Source: an uncultured Trueperaceae bacterium (lineage in GTDB: Bacteria > Deinococcota > Deinococci > Deinococcales > Trueperaceae). From it: 64,000 bases of DNA. The position numbers and the translations under genes were made by a program. The notes beneath the pieces are model-generated. The model was not told the DNA's origin. It saw only the letters and a list, made by a program, of their open reading frames with translations, and ran no database searches. The stretch's first letter is position 1, and each line of letters begins with the position of its first letter. The stretch lies in the NCBI GenBank assembly GCA_963799485.1, contig CAWCXJ010000005.1:1-64000 (forward strand), given 5' to 3'. Shown here piece by piece: positions 40,806-49,957 of this stretch.

Positions 40806-41819
40806 ATGAAACTCGCCATGCTCGCGCCTATCGCGTGGCGCGTCCCGCCCCGGCACTACGGCCCGTGGGAACGCGTCGTCTCGCTCTTAACCGAAGGGTT
40901 GGTCGCAGCGGGCGTAGACGTGACGCTCTTCGCCACTGCCGATTCGGAGACCCGCGCGACCCTCTCGGCAGTCGTGCCGCGCCCTTACGAAGAGGACAAA
41001 ACGCTCAACGTCAAGGTCTGGGAAGGCTTGCACCTCGCCAACGTGTTCGAGCAAGCCGGACAGTTCGATCTCATCCACAACCACTACGACTTTTTGCCGC
41101 TGACCTATAGCAGCCTTGTCTCGACGCCCGTGCTCACGACCATTCACGGTTTTTCTTCTGAAAGCATCGTACCGGCTTATAAACGCTACGACGCTTCTAC
41201 CCACTACGTCGCCATCAGCGACGCCGACCGTCACCCCGAACTGACCTACGCGGCGACCATCTATCATGGTATCGACCTGAGCGAATTTACCTTTCGTGAG
41301 GTTCCCGATGATTATCTGCTCTTTTTCGGACGTATCCACCCCGACAAGGGCGCAGCGGACGCCGTCGGCGTCGCAAAGCAGACCGGCAAACGGCTTATCC
41401 TTGCAGGCATCGTCCAAGACGAGGGTTACTTTGCACGCGACATCGAGCCGCACCTTAACGAACGCGTTCGCTACGTCGGGTCGGTCGGCCCGGCTGAACG
41501 CGACCGGCTTTTAGGCGGCGCTACCGCGCTTTTACACCTCATTCATTTCGGTGAACCGTTCGGCCTCAGCATGGTCGAGGCGTTAGCGTGCGGGACGCCG
41601 GTCATCGCCACGCGGCGCGGGTCGGTGCCGGAGATCGTGCAGGACGGCGTCAACGGGTTTACTGTGCACAATGTAGACGAGGCAGTCAGAGCCGTTGAAA
41701 AGTTGGGCGAAGTGTCCAGGGCTCGAGTCCGCGAGTACGCCGAAGCGCATTTCAGCCGGGAGCGGATGGTCAGAGATTATCTACGGGTGTACGAAAAGAT
41801 TTTGGCGCGTAAAAACTGA
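40806..41819 (+). CDS. GT4 family glycosyltransferase
   Basis: PPRHYGPWE, GRIHPDKG, EPFGLSMVEALACGTPV. Confidence 0.92.
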   Translation: MKLAMLAPIAWRVPPRHYGPWERVVSLLTEGLVAAGVDVTLFATADSETRATLSAVVPRPYEEDKTLNVKVWEGLHLANVFEQAGQFDLIHNHYDFLPLTYSSLVSTPVLTTIHGFSSESIVPAYKRYDASTHYVAISDADRHPELTYAATIYHGIDLSEFTFREVPDDYLLFFGRIHPDKGAADAVGVAKQTGKRLILAGIVQDEGYFARDIEPHLNERVRYVGSVGPAERDRLLGGATALLHLIHFGEPFGLSMVEALACGTPVIATRRGSVPEIVQDGVNGFTVHNVDEAVRAVEKLGEVSRARVREYAEAHFSRERMVRDYLRVYEKILARKN

Positions 41820-41837
41820 AACGTTCAAGCCAAAACT

Positions 41838-41955
41838 ATGCCGGAGCCGATTCCATAGCAGGTGCGTACGGTACTCACGGATAACGGCACGCCGCTTACC
41901 AACCGTCAAAAAGACCAGCTTGCGTTTGCCCACAGCTGCGGCCGGGTGTGTGCAA
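41838..41955 (+). mobile_element. Degenerate IS481-like transposase fragment
   Basis: Reads IP*QVRTVLTDNGTPLTNRQKDQLAFAHSCGRVC, resembling the IS481 integrase-core P-Y-x-I-x-T-V-L-T-D-N-G segment, with an in-frame stop. Confidence 0.6.
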
Positions 41956-42160
41956 CACGACCGGTGGCAAACCGCCCCATCACAACGGCGTGTTTTACAT
42001 GGTCTACACCTTCGCCGAACGGCTCCGGGCTTTGGACGCTGAAACCGGCAAAGTCTCGTCTTTTGCCGAAGAACCTGCCTACAACAAGACGGGTACTATC
42101 CGCCAACGGTCAAATTCTCGTCTGGGGTGACGACTTGACAGCCTGTAAACCTGTTCGCCG
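41956..42160 (+). pseudogene. Possible remnant of a PQQ-like beta-propeller gene
   Basis: NGVFY...LRALDAETGK in one frame and NGQILVWGDDLTA in another. Confidence 0.3.
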
Positions 42161-42394
42161 GCAGTTTTCGGCAAGGCTCGGTGTTGTTCGGCTGTACCTT
42201 GCCGATTTCGAAGGTTACAAAGCGGCGAGAACGGTACAGCGCCGTAAAAACAGTTGGGTGTACCTGAAAAGGTAGAGCCGGGTCGAGGCCCGGAGCTCGT
42301 CTCGGCTTGTGCTTTTACGCCTCATGAAAAAGCAGAGGTTTACGGAAACCGCACAAGCGGGTGCTTTCAAACTTCCGGTGAGCTACACTGTCGC

Positions 42395-43408
42395 GTGGCT
42401 AAGCCGACCCCTAAAGTGACGATGGCGGACGTGGCGCGCGCGGCGGGCGTCTCGAAACAGACGGTCTCGCGGGTTCTAAACGGCACCGGCTATACGAGCG
42501 CAGCGACCACCGCCCGCATCGAACGGCTGATCCGTGAACTTGGCTATCGCCGCAGCGGGGTGGCGCGGAGTCTGGCGACGAACTCGAGCCTGACTTTGGG
42601 CCTGGTCGTTCCGGCGCTCGACAACCCTTACTACGCCGAAATCGCGCAGGGTGCGGAGTGGGCGGCGTGGGCAGGCGGCTACAACCTGTTTTTAAGCAAC
42701 GCGTTTCACGACGCGGCGCGGGAAAGGGCGGCGCTCGAGTCGCTGCAAGACCGGGGCGCGGACGGCGTGATTGTAGATACCCCGAGTTTGCCGGACGACC
42801 CGCTTTTTGGGCTCTTGGCGGGGTTCAAGGCGGCGGTCGTTATCGGGCGGACGGTGCCGCCGGAGGTCGCCGGGAGCATCACCGTAGACGACGCGGCGGG
42901 TGTCCGGCTGGCGGTGCGGCGGCTGGCGGCGGCGGGGCGGACAAGGCTGGCATTTCTGGCGGGGCCGGAGCGGTTTGGTAGCAGCCGGGTACGCCGGGAA
43001 GCGTTTATCGAGGCGGAAACGGTGCGCGGGACGTTCTCCGGTACAAGGGTTTTGCAGGCGGACTCGAGCGCCGAAGCTAGTTATGAGCTCATCACCCGGC
43101 TGGCAGACAAGGGCCTCTTGTTCGACGCGCTCGTCTGCTTTAACGACGTGATGGCAGCAGGGGTACTCCGGGCCCTTGTCGACGTTGGGGTACGGGTGCC
43201 GGACGACGTCGCCGTAGTCGGACACGATGATATTCCGATGGCGGCGTGGCTACAGCCGCCTCTAAGCACGCTCCACATCGCCAAACGCGAACTTGGTTTG
43301 AGCGCGGTGAAGACGCTGCTCGAGCGCCTCAACCTCCAAAACCGCGAACCGACCGTACTAAAGCCCGAGCTTAGCTTGCGGGGCAGCACCGGCCCTTTAC
43401 CGGATTAA
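42395..43408 (+). CDS. LacI-family transcriptional regulator
   Basis: VTMADVARAAGVSKQTVSRVLN; DVAVVGHDD; GTG 5 nt after TACACT. Confidence 0.92.
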   Translation: MAKPTPKVTMADVARAAGVSKQTVSRVLNGTGYTSAATTARIERLIRELGYRRSGVARSLATNSSLTLGLVVPALDNPYYAEIAQGAEWAAWAGGYNLFLSNAFHDAARERAALESLQDRGADGVIVDTPSLPDDPLFGLLAGFKAAVVIGRTVPPEVAGSITVDDAAGVRLAVRRLAAAGRTRLAFLAGPERFGSSRVRREAFIEAETVRGTFSGTRVLQADSSAEASYELITRLADKGLLFDALVCFNDVMAAGVLRALVDVGVRVPDDVAVVGHDDIPMAAWLQPPLSTLHIAKRELGLSAVKTLLERLNLQNREPTVLKPELSLRGSTGPLPD

Positions 43409-43442
43409 AGCTGCGCAAACAGCGGCGGTGCTAGAGTAGAGC

Positions 43443-43715
43443 ATGTTTTTTCGTCGAAACCCCAACTTCAAGCAAGAGGGCAGTTTCTTGCTGGCCCGCG
43501 TCCGCACCGACAAACACGGCGAGATAATCCCCGTGCGGCTCTCGAAAACCAGCGAGATGAGTTTGCAGGGCAGCGGCTACTTCGTTCGGAAAACCTTGGT
43601 CGGTTCAAACAGCCTCGACCAGGCGGTTTTAGAGGTTTCACTCAGTCGGGGCCACCGCGTCAAAAATGCGACCGTCGACGGCGGCGAGCTGATTCCCGTA
43701 AAAGAGTGGGAGTAG
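43443..43715 (+). CDS. Hypothetical protein
   Basis: Clean 90-aa ORF filling the intergenic gap, TAGAGT 5 nt before the ATG. Confidence 0.7.
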   Translation: MFFRRNPNFKQEGSFLLARVRTDKHGEIIPVRLSKTSEMSLQGSGYFVRKTLVGSNSLDQAVLEVSLSRGHRVKNATVDGGELIPVKEWE

Positions 43716-43909
43716 CTTAAAGTAGCCCAGCAATACAGCTCAGCAAACAGGATGTCGTTTGTACCGGTAAGCTGGTCGGTTTGCTGGATTTTGGCCTCGA
43801 GCCTGACCGAGTAGCGTTTTGGGTTGGTGGCACGTCCTTCGCGCCCCCCGTAAAATCTACAATGGTTTTGAAAGAAGTTGACTTTGAACAAACACGCTTT
43901 TGAAAGCCG

Positions 43910-44818
43910 GTGCAAATGCAGCTGAGCGCAGCGGAAACAGCCGCGCGCCTCCCATACCCGGAACTGGCGGACGCCATCGCCACGGTGCTTCTCAAGCGTC
44001 ACGAAACGACCGCGCCGGAGCGCAGCACGCTGGCGTTGGGGTGTGGCAGTCTGCTGCTGATGCCCGCCGCAAGCCGTGAGCTGACCATCACCAAACTCGT
44101 CACCGTTCACCCGGACAACCCGGGGCGGGGTCATCCAACCGTTCAGGGCGAGGTCGTTGTGATGCGTACCGGCACCGGGGTTCGGTTGGGTATTTTAGAC
44201 GGCGTGGTTACCGAACGGCGCACGGCGGCGCTTTCACTGCTCGCAGCCAAAACGCTCGCGCCGCGTCCTGAAGGCCCGCTACTTATTTTCGGGGCCGGGG
44301 TTCAGGCGCGGGCACATTTAGAGGCGTTTCGCGTCGGTCTGGGTGTCGAACAAGTATTTATCGCCTCAAGGACGCGGGAGAAAGCCGCCGACCTCGTAAC
44401 TTTCGCGCGTTCTCTCGGGATGGACGCACATTTTACCGAAAACCCTACCAAAATTTCAGCCGACGCCTCTCTTATCGTCACCGCCACGACGAGCCGGACG
44501 CCCGTCGTGAGCGGCCCCGTCAGGCGTGACGCGTTCATCTGCGCGGTCGGGTCGTTTCAACCCGAAACCGCCGAGGTTTCAGCCGACCTTATCGGCAAAA
44601 GCCGAGTGGTCGTCGATACCTTGGAGGCTGCCCAAACCGAAGCGGGCGACCTGATTCAGGCTGTGGCGGCAGGTCGTTTGCGCTGGTCTGAGGTCGTGGG
44701 GCTCGAGACTCTCCTGACCAACGCTACCCAAGTAGACCAGCCGACCGTATTCAAGAGCGTCGGTCACGCGCTCTTCGACCTTGCGGCGGCGCATGTAGCA
44801 TTTGGCGTTTCTATCTAG
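43910..44818 (+). CDS. Ornithine cyclodeaminase/mu-crystallin family; likely delta1-pyrroline-2-carboxylate reductase
   Basis: LLMPA, KLVTV, RRTAA, GAGVQA, EAGDL, FKSVG; T3LHyp dehydratase nearby. Confidence 0.8.
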   Translation: MQMQLSAAETAARLPYPELADAIATVLLKRHETTAPERSTLALGCGSLLLMPAASRELTITKLVTVHPDNPGRGHPTVQGEVVVMRTGTGVRLGILDGVVTERRTAALSLLAAKTLAPRPEGPLLIFGAGVQARAHLEAFRVGLGVEQVFIASRTREKAADLVTFARSLGMDAHFTENPTKISADASLIVTATTSRTPVVSGPVRRDAFICAVGSFQPETAEVSADLIGKSRVVVDTLEAAQTEAGDLIQAVAAGRLRWSEVVGLETLLTNATQVDQPTVFKSVGHALFDLAAAHVAFGVSI

Positions 44819-44905
44819 AACAGCTATACCTAGAACAGCTATACTGAACACCTCGCTTTACGGCTACGCAGCGTAATGTAATAACGAACTCAGGAAGGGG
44901 CACAC

Positions 44906-45763
44906 ATGATTCCGACGCACGTTTTTGGTCGTACCGGACACGAGAGCAGCCGCACGATTTTCGGGGCTGCCGCGCTAAGCCGGGTCAGCCAAGCTGAAGC
45001 CGACCAAACGATGGAACTTTTTCTCGAGTACGGCCTCAACCATATCGACGTTGCGGCCAGTTACGGTGACGCCGAGCTGCGGTTGGCCCCGTGGCTGGGG
45101 CAGCACCGTAAAGATGTCTTTCTCGCGACCAAAACGGGTGAACGGACGTACAAGGCGGCGTATGAGCAAATCAGGCGTTCGCTCGAGCGCCTGAACGTCG
45201 AGCAAATCGACCTGATTCAGCTTCACAACCTCGTCGACCTCAGCGAGTGGGAAACGGCGCTCGGCCCCGGGGGGGCGCTGGCGGCGTGTGTAGCAGCCCG
45301 CGACGAAGGGCTGGTGCGTTTTATCGGCGTGACGGGGCACGGGCTCGAGGTCGCCGCGCGGCACAAGGCGAGCCTGGAGCGCTTCGATTTCGATTCGGTA
45401 CTCCTGCCTTACAGCTACGTTCTAATGCAAAACCCGCAGTACGCCGACGACTTTGAAGCTTTGGTCGCGTTATGCGAAAAACGGAACGTCGCGGTGCAGA
45501 CCATCAAGGCCGTGACCCGCGCACCGTGGGGCGACAGGTCGCAAACACGCGCGACCTGGTACGAACCGCTAGAAGAGCAAGCCGACATCGATACCACCGT
45601 TCACTGGGTTCTCGGAAGAGACGGATTTTTCCTCAACACGGTAGGTGATATTCACCTCTTGCCGAAAGTACTGGACGCTGCGAGCCGTTTCGACACGCGG
45701 CCCAGCGACGCCCGGATGCAGGCGGTGGTAGAAAAGCAGCAGATGTCGCCGCTTTTTACCTGA
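44906..45763 (+). CDS. Aldo/keto reductase family protein (atypical C-terminal half)
   Basis: Tetrad D48-Y53-K76-H107; IGVTGH; QTIK; TWYEP. Confidence 0.85.
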   Translation: MIPTHVFGRTGHESSRTIFGAAALSRVSQAEADQTMELFLEYGLNHIDVAASYGDAELRLAPWLGQHRKDVFLATKTGERTYKAAYEQIRRSLERLNVEQIDLIQLHNLVDLSEWETALGPGGALAACVAARDEGLVRFIGVTGHGLEVAARHKASLERFDFDSVLLPYSYVLMQNPQYADDFEALVALCEKRNVAVQTIKAVTRAPWGDRSQTRATWYEPLEEQADIDTTVHWVLGRDGFFLNTVGDIHLLPKVLDAASRFDTRPSDARMQAVVEKQQMSPLFT

Positions 45764-45820
45764 GCCGCGCTGTTTGTTCACCCTTTGTGATAGATAATCA
45801 GGACTCGAGGATACGACTGA

Positions 45821-46621
45821 GTGAAAGAGACTGCAGATTTAACCCCCTTTCAGGCGTGGTTCGCCGACTGCCCCGGCGCGCTCGTGGCGTTTTCGGGTGG
45901 CGTGGACAGTTCGCTGGTGGCTTTTCTGGCGCGGACGCTGCTCGGCCCGGAACGCGTCGTCGCGGTGATTTCAGCCTCACCCAGCCTGAAGCTGAGCGAC
46001 CTCGACGCTGCCAAAACCTTTTGCCTGAGCCACAACGTCCCGCTCCGGGTGATTCGCACCGCCGAACTCTCTAACCCCGACTACTACACCAACCCGGCGA
46101 ACCGCTGTTACTTTTGCAAACACACGCTCTACCGCGACCTGGACGCCTACGAAGAATTTGCAGGCTGGTGGATTTTGAACGGCACCAACCACGACGACCT
46201 GGGCGATTACCGCCCCGGTATTCAGGCCGGGAGTGAGTTCCAGGTACGCAGTCCGCTTGCCGAATGCGGGTTTGGGAAACCGGCGGTTCGGGCTTTGGCC
46301 GCCGCGCTGGGTCTCGAGTGCTGGGACAAACCCGCCAGCCCCTGCCTCAGCTCGCGCATCCCCTACGGTCAGCGCGTCACCGAACAAAAATTGCGGCAGA
46401 TCGAGGCCGGTGAACAGTTCTTAAACGAGCTGGGATTCCCGGTCGCGCGCGTTCGACATAACGACGGTCGGGCTGTCGTCGAGGTACCGGGGGAGCGGTT
46501 GGCTGACCTTGGGCGCGTCGCTGATACTGTCAGCGCACAGCTGCTGGAACTCGGGTTTCAGGCTGTAGAAATTGACCGGGAAGGTTTCGTGTCCGGTAAA
46601 CTCAACCGCGCGCTGTTGTGA
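45821..46621 (+). CDS. larE: ATP-dependent sulfur insertase for the NPN cofactor
   Basis: PP-loop SGGVDS, NRCYFCK, GDYRPG, SPCLSSRIPYG. Confidence 0.92.
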   Translation: MKETADLTPFQAWFADCPGALVAFSGGVDSSLVAFLARTLLGPERVVAVISASPSLKLSDLDAAKTFCLSHNVPLRVIRTAELSNPDYYTNPANRCYFCKHTLYRDLDAYEEFAGWWILNGTNHDDLGDYRPGIQAGSEFQVRSPLAECGFGKPAVRALAAALGLECWDKPASPCLSSRIPYGQRVTEQKLRQIEAGEQFLNELGFPVARVRHNDGRAVVEVPGERLADLGRVADTVSAQLLELGFQAVEIDREGFVSGKLNRALL

Positions 46622-47343
46622 GCGGTGCCGACAGGGACCCAAGCAACGCGCTTGACGAAGGGACGAACACAGACAACTGCGGCACAGATAGCAGCGATGT
46701 CACCCTCGACGTAACCCGCGAAGTACGGCTCGGGTTTCCCGAAGTCGTCTACGGACAGCATAAATCGCCCGCGCAGCTGAAGCGCATTTTAGCGGCGCAG
46801 CTCGAGGGCCAAAAAAACGTCCTCATCACCCGGCTCCAACCTGAAAAAGTGCCGCCGCTGCTCGAGGCCGCGCCCAACGCGCACTATCACGACGACGCGC
46901 GCACGCTAAGCGTGGTCTTTAGTCCGCCCACAGCACGACCGGGAAAAGTCGGTATCGTCTGCGCCGGAACCTCGGATATGCCGGTCGTGCGCGAAGTCGA
47001 AACCACGCTGGCGTTTTTAGGCGTCGCTACGGAAAGTTACAAAGATGTCGGGGTGGCGGGTATCGGGCGGCTGTTTAACGTCTTGCCGCAGCTTAGGGAA
47101 TGTGACGTCATCGTCTGCGCGGCAGGCTTTGAAGGGGCGCTCGCCTCGGTATTGGGCGGATTGTTGCCGCAACCCCTGATCGCCGTGCCGACCAGCGTCG
47201 GGTACGGCGTCGCAGAAGGTGGTCACACGGCTCTCAACGCGATGCTCGCCAGCTGCGCCAACGGCATTACGGTCGTCAATATCGACAACGGTTACGGCGC
47301 GGCCCTCGCCGCGTTCAGAATTTTGCAAAGGATGTTCAGGTGA
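46618..47343 (+). CDS. larB: NaAD carboxylase/hydrolase for the NPN cofactor
   Basis: GFPEVVYGQHK, AGTSD, DVGVAG, PTSVGYG, VVNIDNGYGAA. Confidence 0.93.
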   Translation: MSGADRDPSNALDEGTNTDNCGTDSSDVTLDVTREVRLGFPEVVYGQHKSPAQLKRILAAQLEGQKNVLITRLQPEKVPPLLEAAPNAHYHDDARTLSVVFSPPTARPGKVGIVCAGTSDMPVVREVETTLAFLGVATESYKDVGVAGIGRLFNVLPQLRECDVIVCAAGFEGALASVLGGLLPQPLIAVPTSVGYGVAEGGHTALNAMLASCANGITVVNIDNGYGAALAAFRILQRMFR

Positions 47344-48542
47344 CCGACACGCACATGAAAAACAAACAAACCGTGCTCAAAATCGAACCCTTTTCGGGCC
47401 TCAGCGGGGACATGTTTCTGGGTGCCCTGGTCGAGCTTACGGGCGGCGCGGACAAGTTGCGCGCGCTGCCCGAACAGCTCAACTTGCCCGAAGCCGAAAT
47501 CGACGTCGCGCGCGTCTCGAAGTGCAGCATCGATTGTCTCAAGGTCACCGTAAAAGACCGCTCGCCGGAGGCTGAGCGACCGCACCGGCACCTTAAAGAT
47601 ATCCACAACCTTCTCGACGCCTCGAGCTTAACTAACCGGGTGAAAGCGAGAACCAAAGACATCTTTCAGCTTTTAGCGGAGGCCGAAGCCGCCGTTCACG
47701 GGGTCGGCCTCGAGCGGGTGCATTTTCACGAAGTGGGGGCGGTCGATTCGGTGGTCGATATTACCGGCGTGGCGCTGCTGCTCGGCGACCTTACGTTTAC
47801 GCACGTCTACTGCGACCCCATCTGTACGGGTTACGGGTTTGTCAAAACCGACCACGGCAGGCTGCCCGTCCCGGCCCCTGCCACGCAGAGACTCCTTCAC
47901 GGCATGCCGACCTACAAAGGCCGAACCGCCTCGGAGCTGATTACGCCTACCGGCGCGGCTATCTTACGGTTTCTGAAACCCGACTTCAGCGACCCTGTTT
48001 TGTCGTTGCAGCGGAGTGCCTACGGTGCAGGTTCTAAAGACTTCGAGCACCCCAACTGCGTGCGAATCAGTATGGGCGAAACGGGGGAGACCGGGCCAAA
48101 CGACGCGCCTGACGCGACCCACACCCTGATTCAAACGAACATCGACGACATGCCCGCCGAACAGCTCGGCGCGGATTTTCAGAGGCTCCTGCTTGAAAGC
48201 GGCGCACTCGACGTTTACCTGACCCCTACGCTGATGAAAAAGTCTCGTCCAGGGCTGAAACTCGAGGTACTTTGCCGCCAAGCCGACGCCGAGCGCCTCG
48301 CCGAGCTGGTGCTCGAGTACACCACGACGCTGGGGGTACGGTTTCTGCCCTGCCGCCGTAAAGAACTGGCGCGTACCGTAACCCCGGTCACGACGCCGTT
48401 CGGTGAAATCAGTGTCAAAACCGCCACCTTGCCGTCGGGCAAGCTCCGGCACAAACCGGAATACGAGGCGTGTCAGGCTGCCGCACGAAAACACCGGGTC
48501 GCGGCGTCTGAAGTGGTGCTCGAGACCTTGAAGTGCCTGTGA
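47340..48542 (+). CDS. larC: Nickel insertase (cyclometallase) for the NPN cofactor
   Basis: GLSGDMFLGAL, VHFHEVGAVDS, HGRLPVPAPAT, TPTGAA, NIDD, MKKSRPG, TTLGVR, KPEYE; start may be ATG 47355. Confidence 0.93.
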   Translation: MTDTHMKNKQTVLKIEPFSGLSGDMFLGALVELTGGADKLRALPEQLNLPEAEIDVARVSKCSIDCLKVTVKDRSPEAERPHRHLKDIHNLLDASSLTNRVKARTKDIFQLLAEAEAAVHGVGLERVHFHEVGAVDSVVDITGVALLLGDLTFTHVYCDPICTGYGFVKTDHGRLPVPAPATQRLLHGMPTYKGRTASELITPTGAAILRFLKPDFSDPVLSLQRSAYGAGSKDFEHPNCVRISMGETGETGPNDAPDATHTLIQTNIDDMPAEQLGADFQRLLLESGALDVYLTPTLMKKSRPGLKLEVLCRQADAERLAELVLEYTTTLGVRFLPCRRKELARTVTPVTTPFGEISVKTATLPSGKLRHKPEYEACQAAARKHRVAASEVVLETLKCL

Positions 48543-48761
48543 AGTGCCTGTAAAAATGGCTGTCGCCATCAAGTTGTCGCGTGCAGCACCACGGTGAAAA
48601 ACAGGGGTCAAGGCAACGGTAGCGGCGACGCGCGACGCATCGGCGTTTAGGAGCGGACCGTTGATGTGGCACTAGCGGATAGTGAAGACGCGCGCAGGCA
48701 CAGCGTTGCAAAGTGATTTTCTGTAACGGTCGGCGTTTTGGTGGTTGAGCCGGTGTCCGAA

Positions 48762-49796
48762 CTATCTGAGAAAAAACCCCGCCCCTACCGGGTCGTCCGG
48801 GTCGATAACCCACTGATTGAAGCCGGTGATGGCTGCGCTGCCACTCACTTCCGGAATTACGGCGTCAAACGCACCGACTTTGGTGTGTCCGACCACGCGT
48901 CCCGTAAAAATCGTGCCGATGATGCTCTCGTTGACGAGCACCTCATTTTCTTTAAGCTGGCCCCTGGCGTAAAGCTGCGCGACCCGTCCGGCGGTACCGG
49001 TTCCGGTCGGTGAGCGGTCTACTTCGCGGTCGGCGAAGATGCAGACGTTCGCCTGCGTTGAGTCCCGGTTTTGCGGCGGCCCAGCTATGATGGTGCCGTA
49101 AAGCGCTCTGAGTTCGGGGACGAGCGGATGCTGAATTGTGGCCTCGGCGCTCACGGCTTTTTTAACCTCGTCACCCAAAACGGTGAGCAGGCGGTAGTTT
49201 TCGGGGCCGACGGCAAGCCCGACCTGCGCGCCGTCCAGATACGCGTAAAACGCGCCGCCGAAAGCGATATCGACCGTCACCGGACCGAACGAAGGTGTGT
49301 GAACCGTCAAATCTTGCTTATAAAGAAATGAGGGAACGTTGTTAAACCGCACCCGACCGACTTTAAGACCGTCCCACGCGGCAAACGCCTCGATAAACCC
49401 GGCAGGCGAATCGATCCCGATGCGGGTTTCCGGTTCGTTGACCTTAACCAAGCCCTGCGCGACGGCGACTGTGGCAAGCGCGATGACGCCGTGCCCGCAC
49501 ATATCCGAGTAGCCTTCGTTGTGCATAAAGATGACGCCTAGGTCGGCTGCTTGTGTAACCGGCTCGGTAAGGTAAGCGCCGTACATGTCGGCGTGGCCCC
49601 TGGGCTCCCACATCAGCGCCTTACGCACGTCGTCCAGGTTTTCGTTGACCCAGCGGCGTTTTTCCAGAACTGTGTGACCGGGGATTCGCGGAATACCGGC
49701 GGTAACGATGCGGAGCGGTTCGCCTGCGGTGTGAGTATCGACGGTGGTGTAGGTGCGGCTGAAGTTCATCTCTTGCCTCCGGTTACGCTGGGCCAA
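48762..49796 (-). CDS. Proline racemase family, Cys/Thr type; likely trans-3-hydroxy-L-proline dehydratase
   Basis: HTAGEPLR, EPRGHADMYG, MCGH, DRSPTGTG (Thr instead of the second Cys); true start probably the second Met (MNFSR). Confidence 0.85.
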   Translation of the reverse strand: MAQRNRRQEMNFSRTYTTVDTHTAGEPLRIVTAGIPRIPGHTVLEKRRWVNENLDDVRKALMWEPRGHADMYGAYLTEPVTQAADLGVIFMHNEGYSDMCGHGVIALATVAVAQGLVKVNEPETRIGIDSPAGFIEAFAAWDGLKVGRVRFNNVPSFLYKQDLTVHTPSFGPVTVDIAFGGAFYAYLDGAQVGLAVGPENYRLLTVLGDEVKKAVSAEATIQHPLVPELRALYGTIIAGPPQNRDSTQANVCIFADREVDRSPTGTGTAGRVAQLYARGQLKENEVLVNESIIGTIFTGRVVGHTKVGAFDAVIPEVSGSAAITGFNQWVIDPDDPVGAGFFLR

Positions 49797-49813
49797 ATAG
49801 TATATACTGACCT

Positions 49814-49905
49814 TCTCACCAGGGGTGCCGAAAGGCTGAGAGAGCCCGCGTTATGCGGCTCAACCCTAGAACCTGAACCGGGTCATACCGGCGGAGGAAG
49901 TGTGA
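49814..49905 (+). ncRNA. TPP riboswitch
   Basis: AGGGGTGC...CTGAGAG...ACCC.AGAACCTGA.CCGGGTCATACCGGCGGAGGAAG core, upstream of thiamine salvage genes. Confidence 0.93.
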
Positions 49906-49925
49906 CGCGCACTCAGCCTAATTGC

Positions 49926-49956
49926 GCCTCCTGGTGAAGTTACTGGGAGGTTTTTT
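49926..49956 (+). terminator. Riboswitch expression platform hairpin (terminator and/or RBS sequestrator)
   Basis: GCCTCCTGGT pairs with ACTGGGAGGT (contains the GGAGG RBS), followed by a T6 run just before ATG 49958. Confidence 0.7.
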
Positions 49957-49957
49957 A

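Noticed and set aside
48762..49796. Proline racemase or 4-hydroxyproline epimerase, or the NPN client
   Set aside because: The second catalytic residue is Thr, indicating a dehydratase, and the family is cofactor-independent
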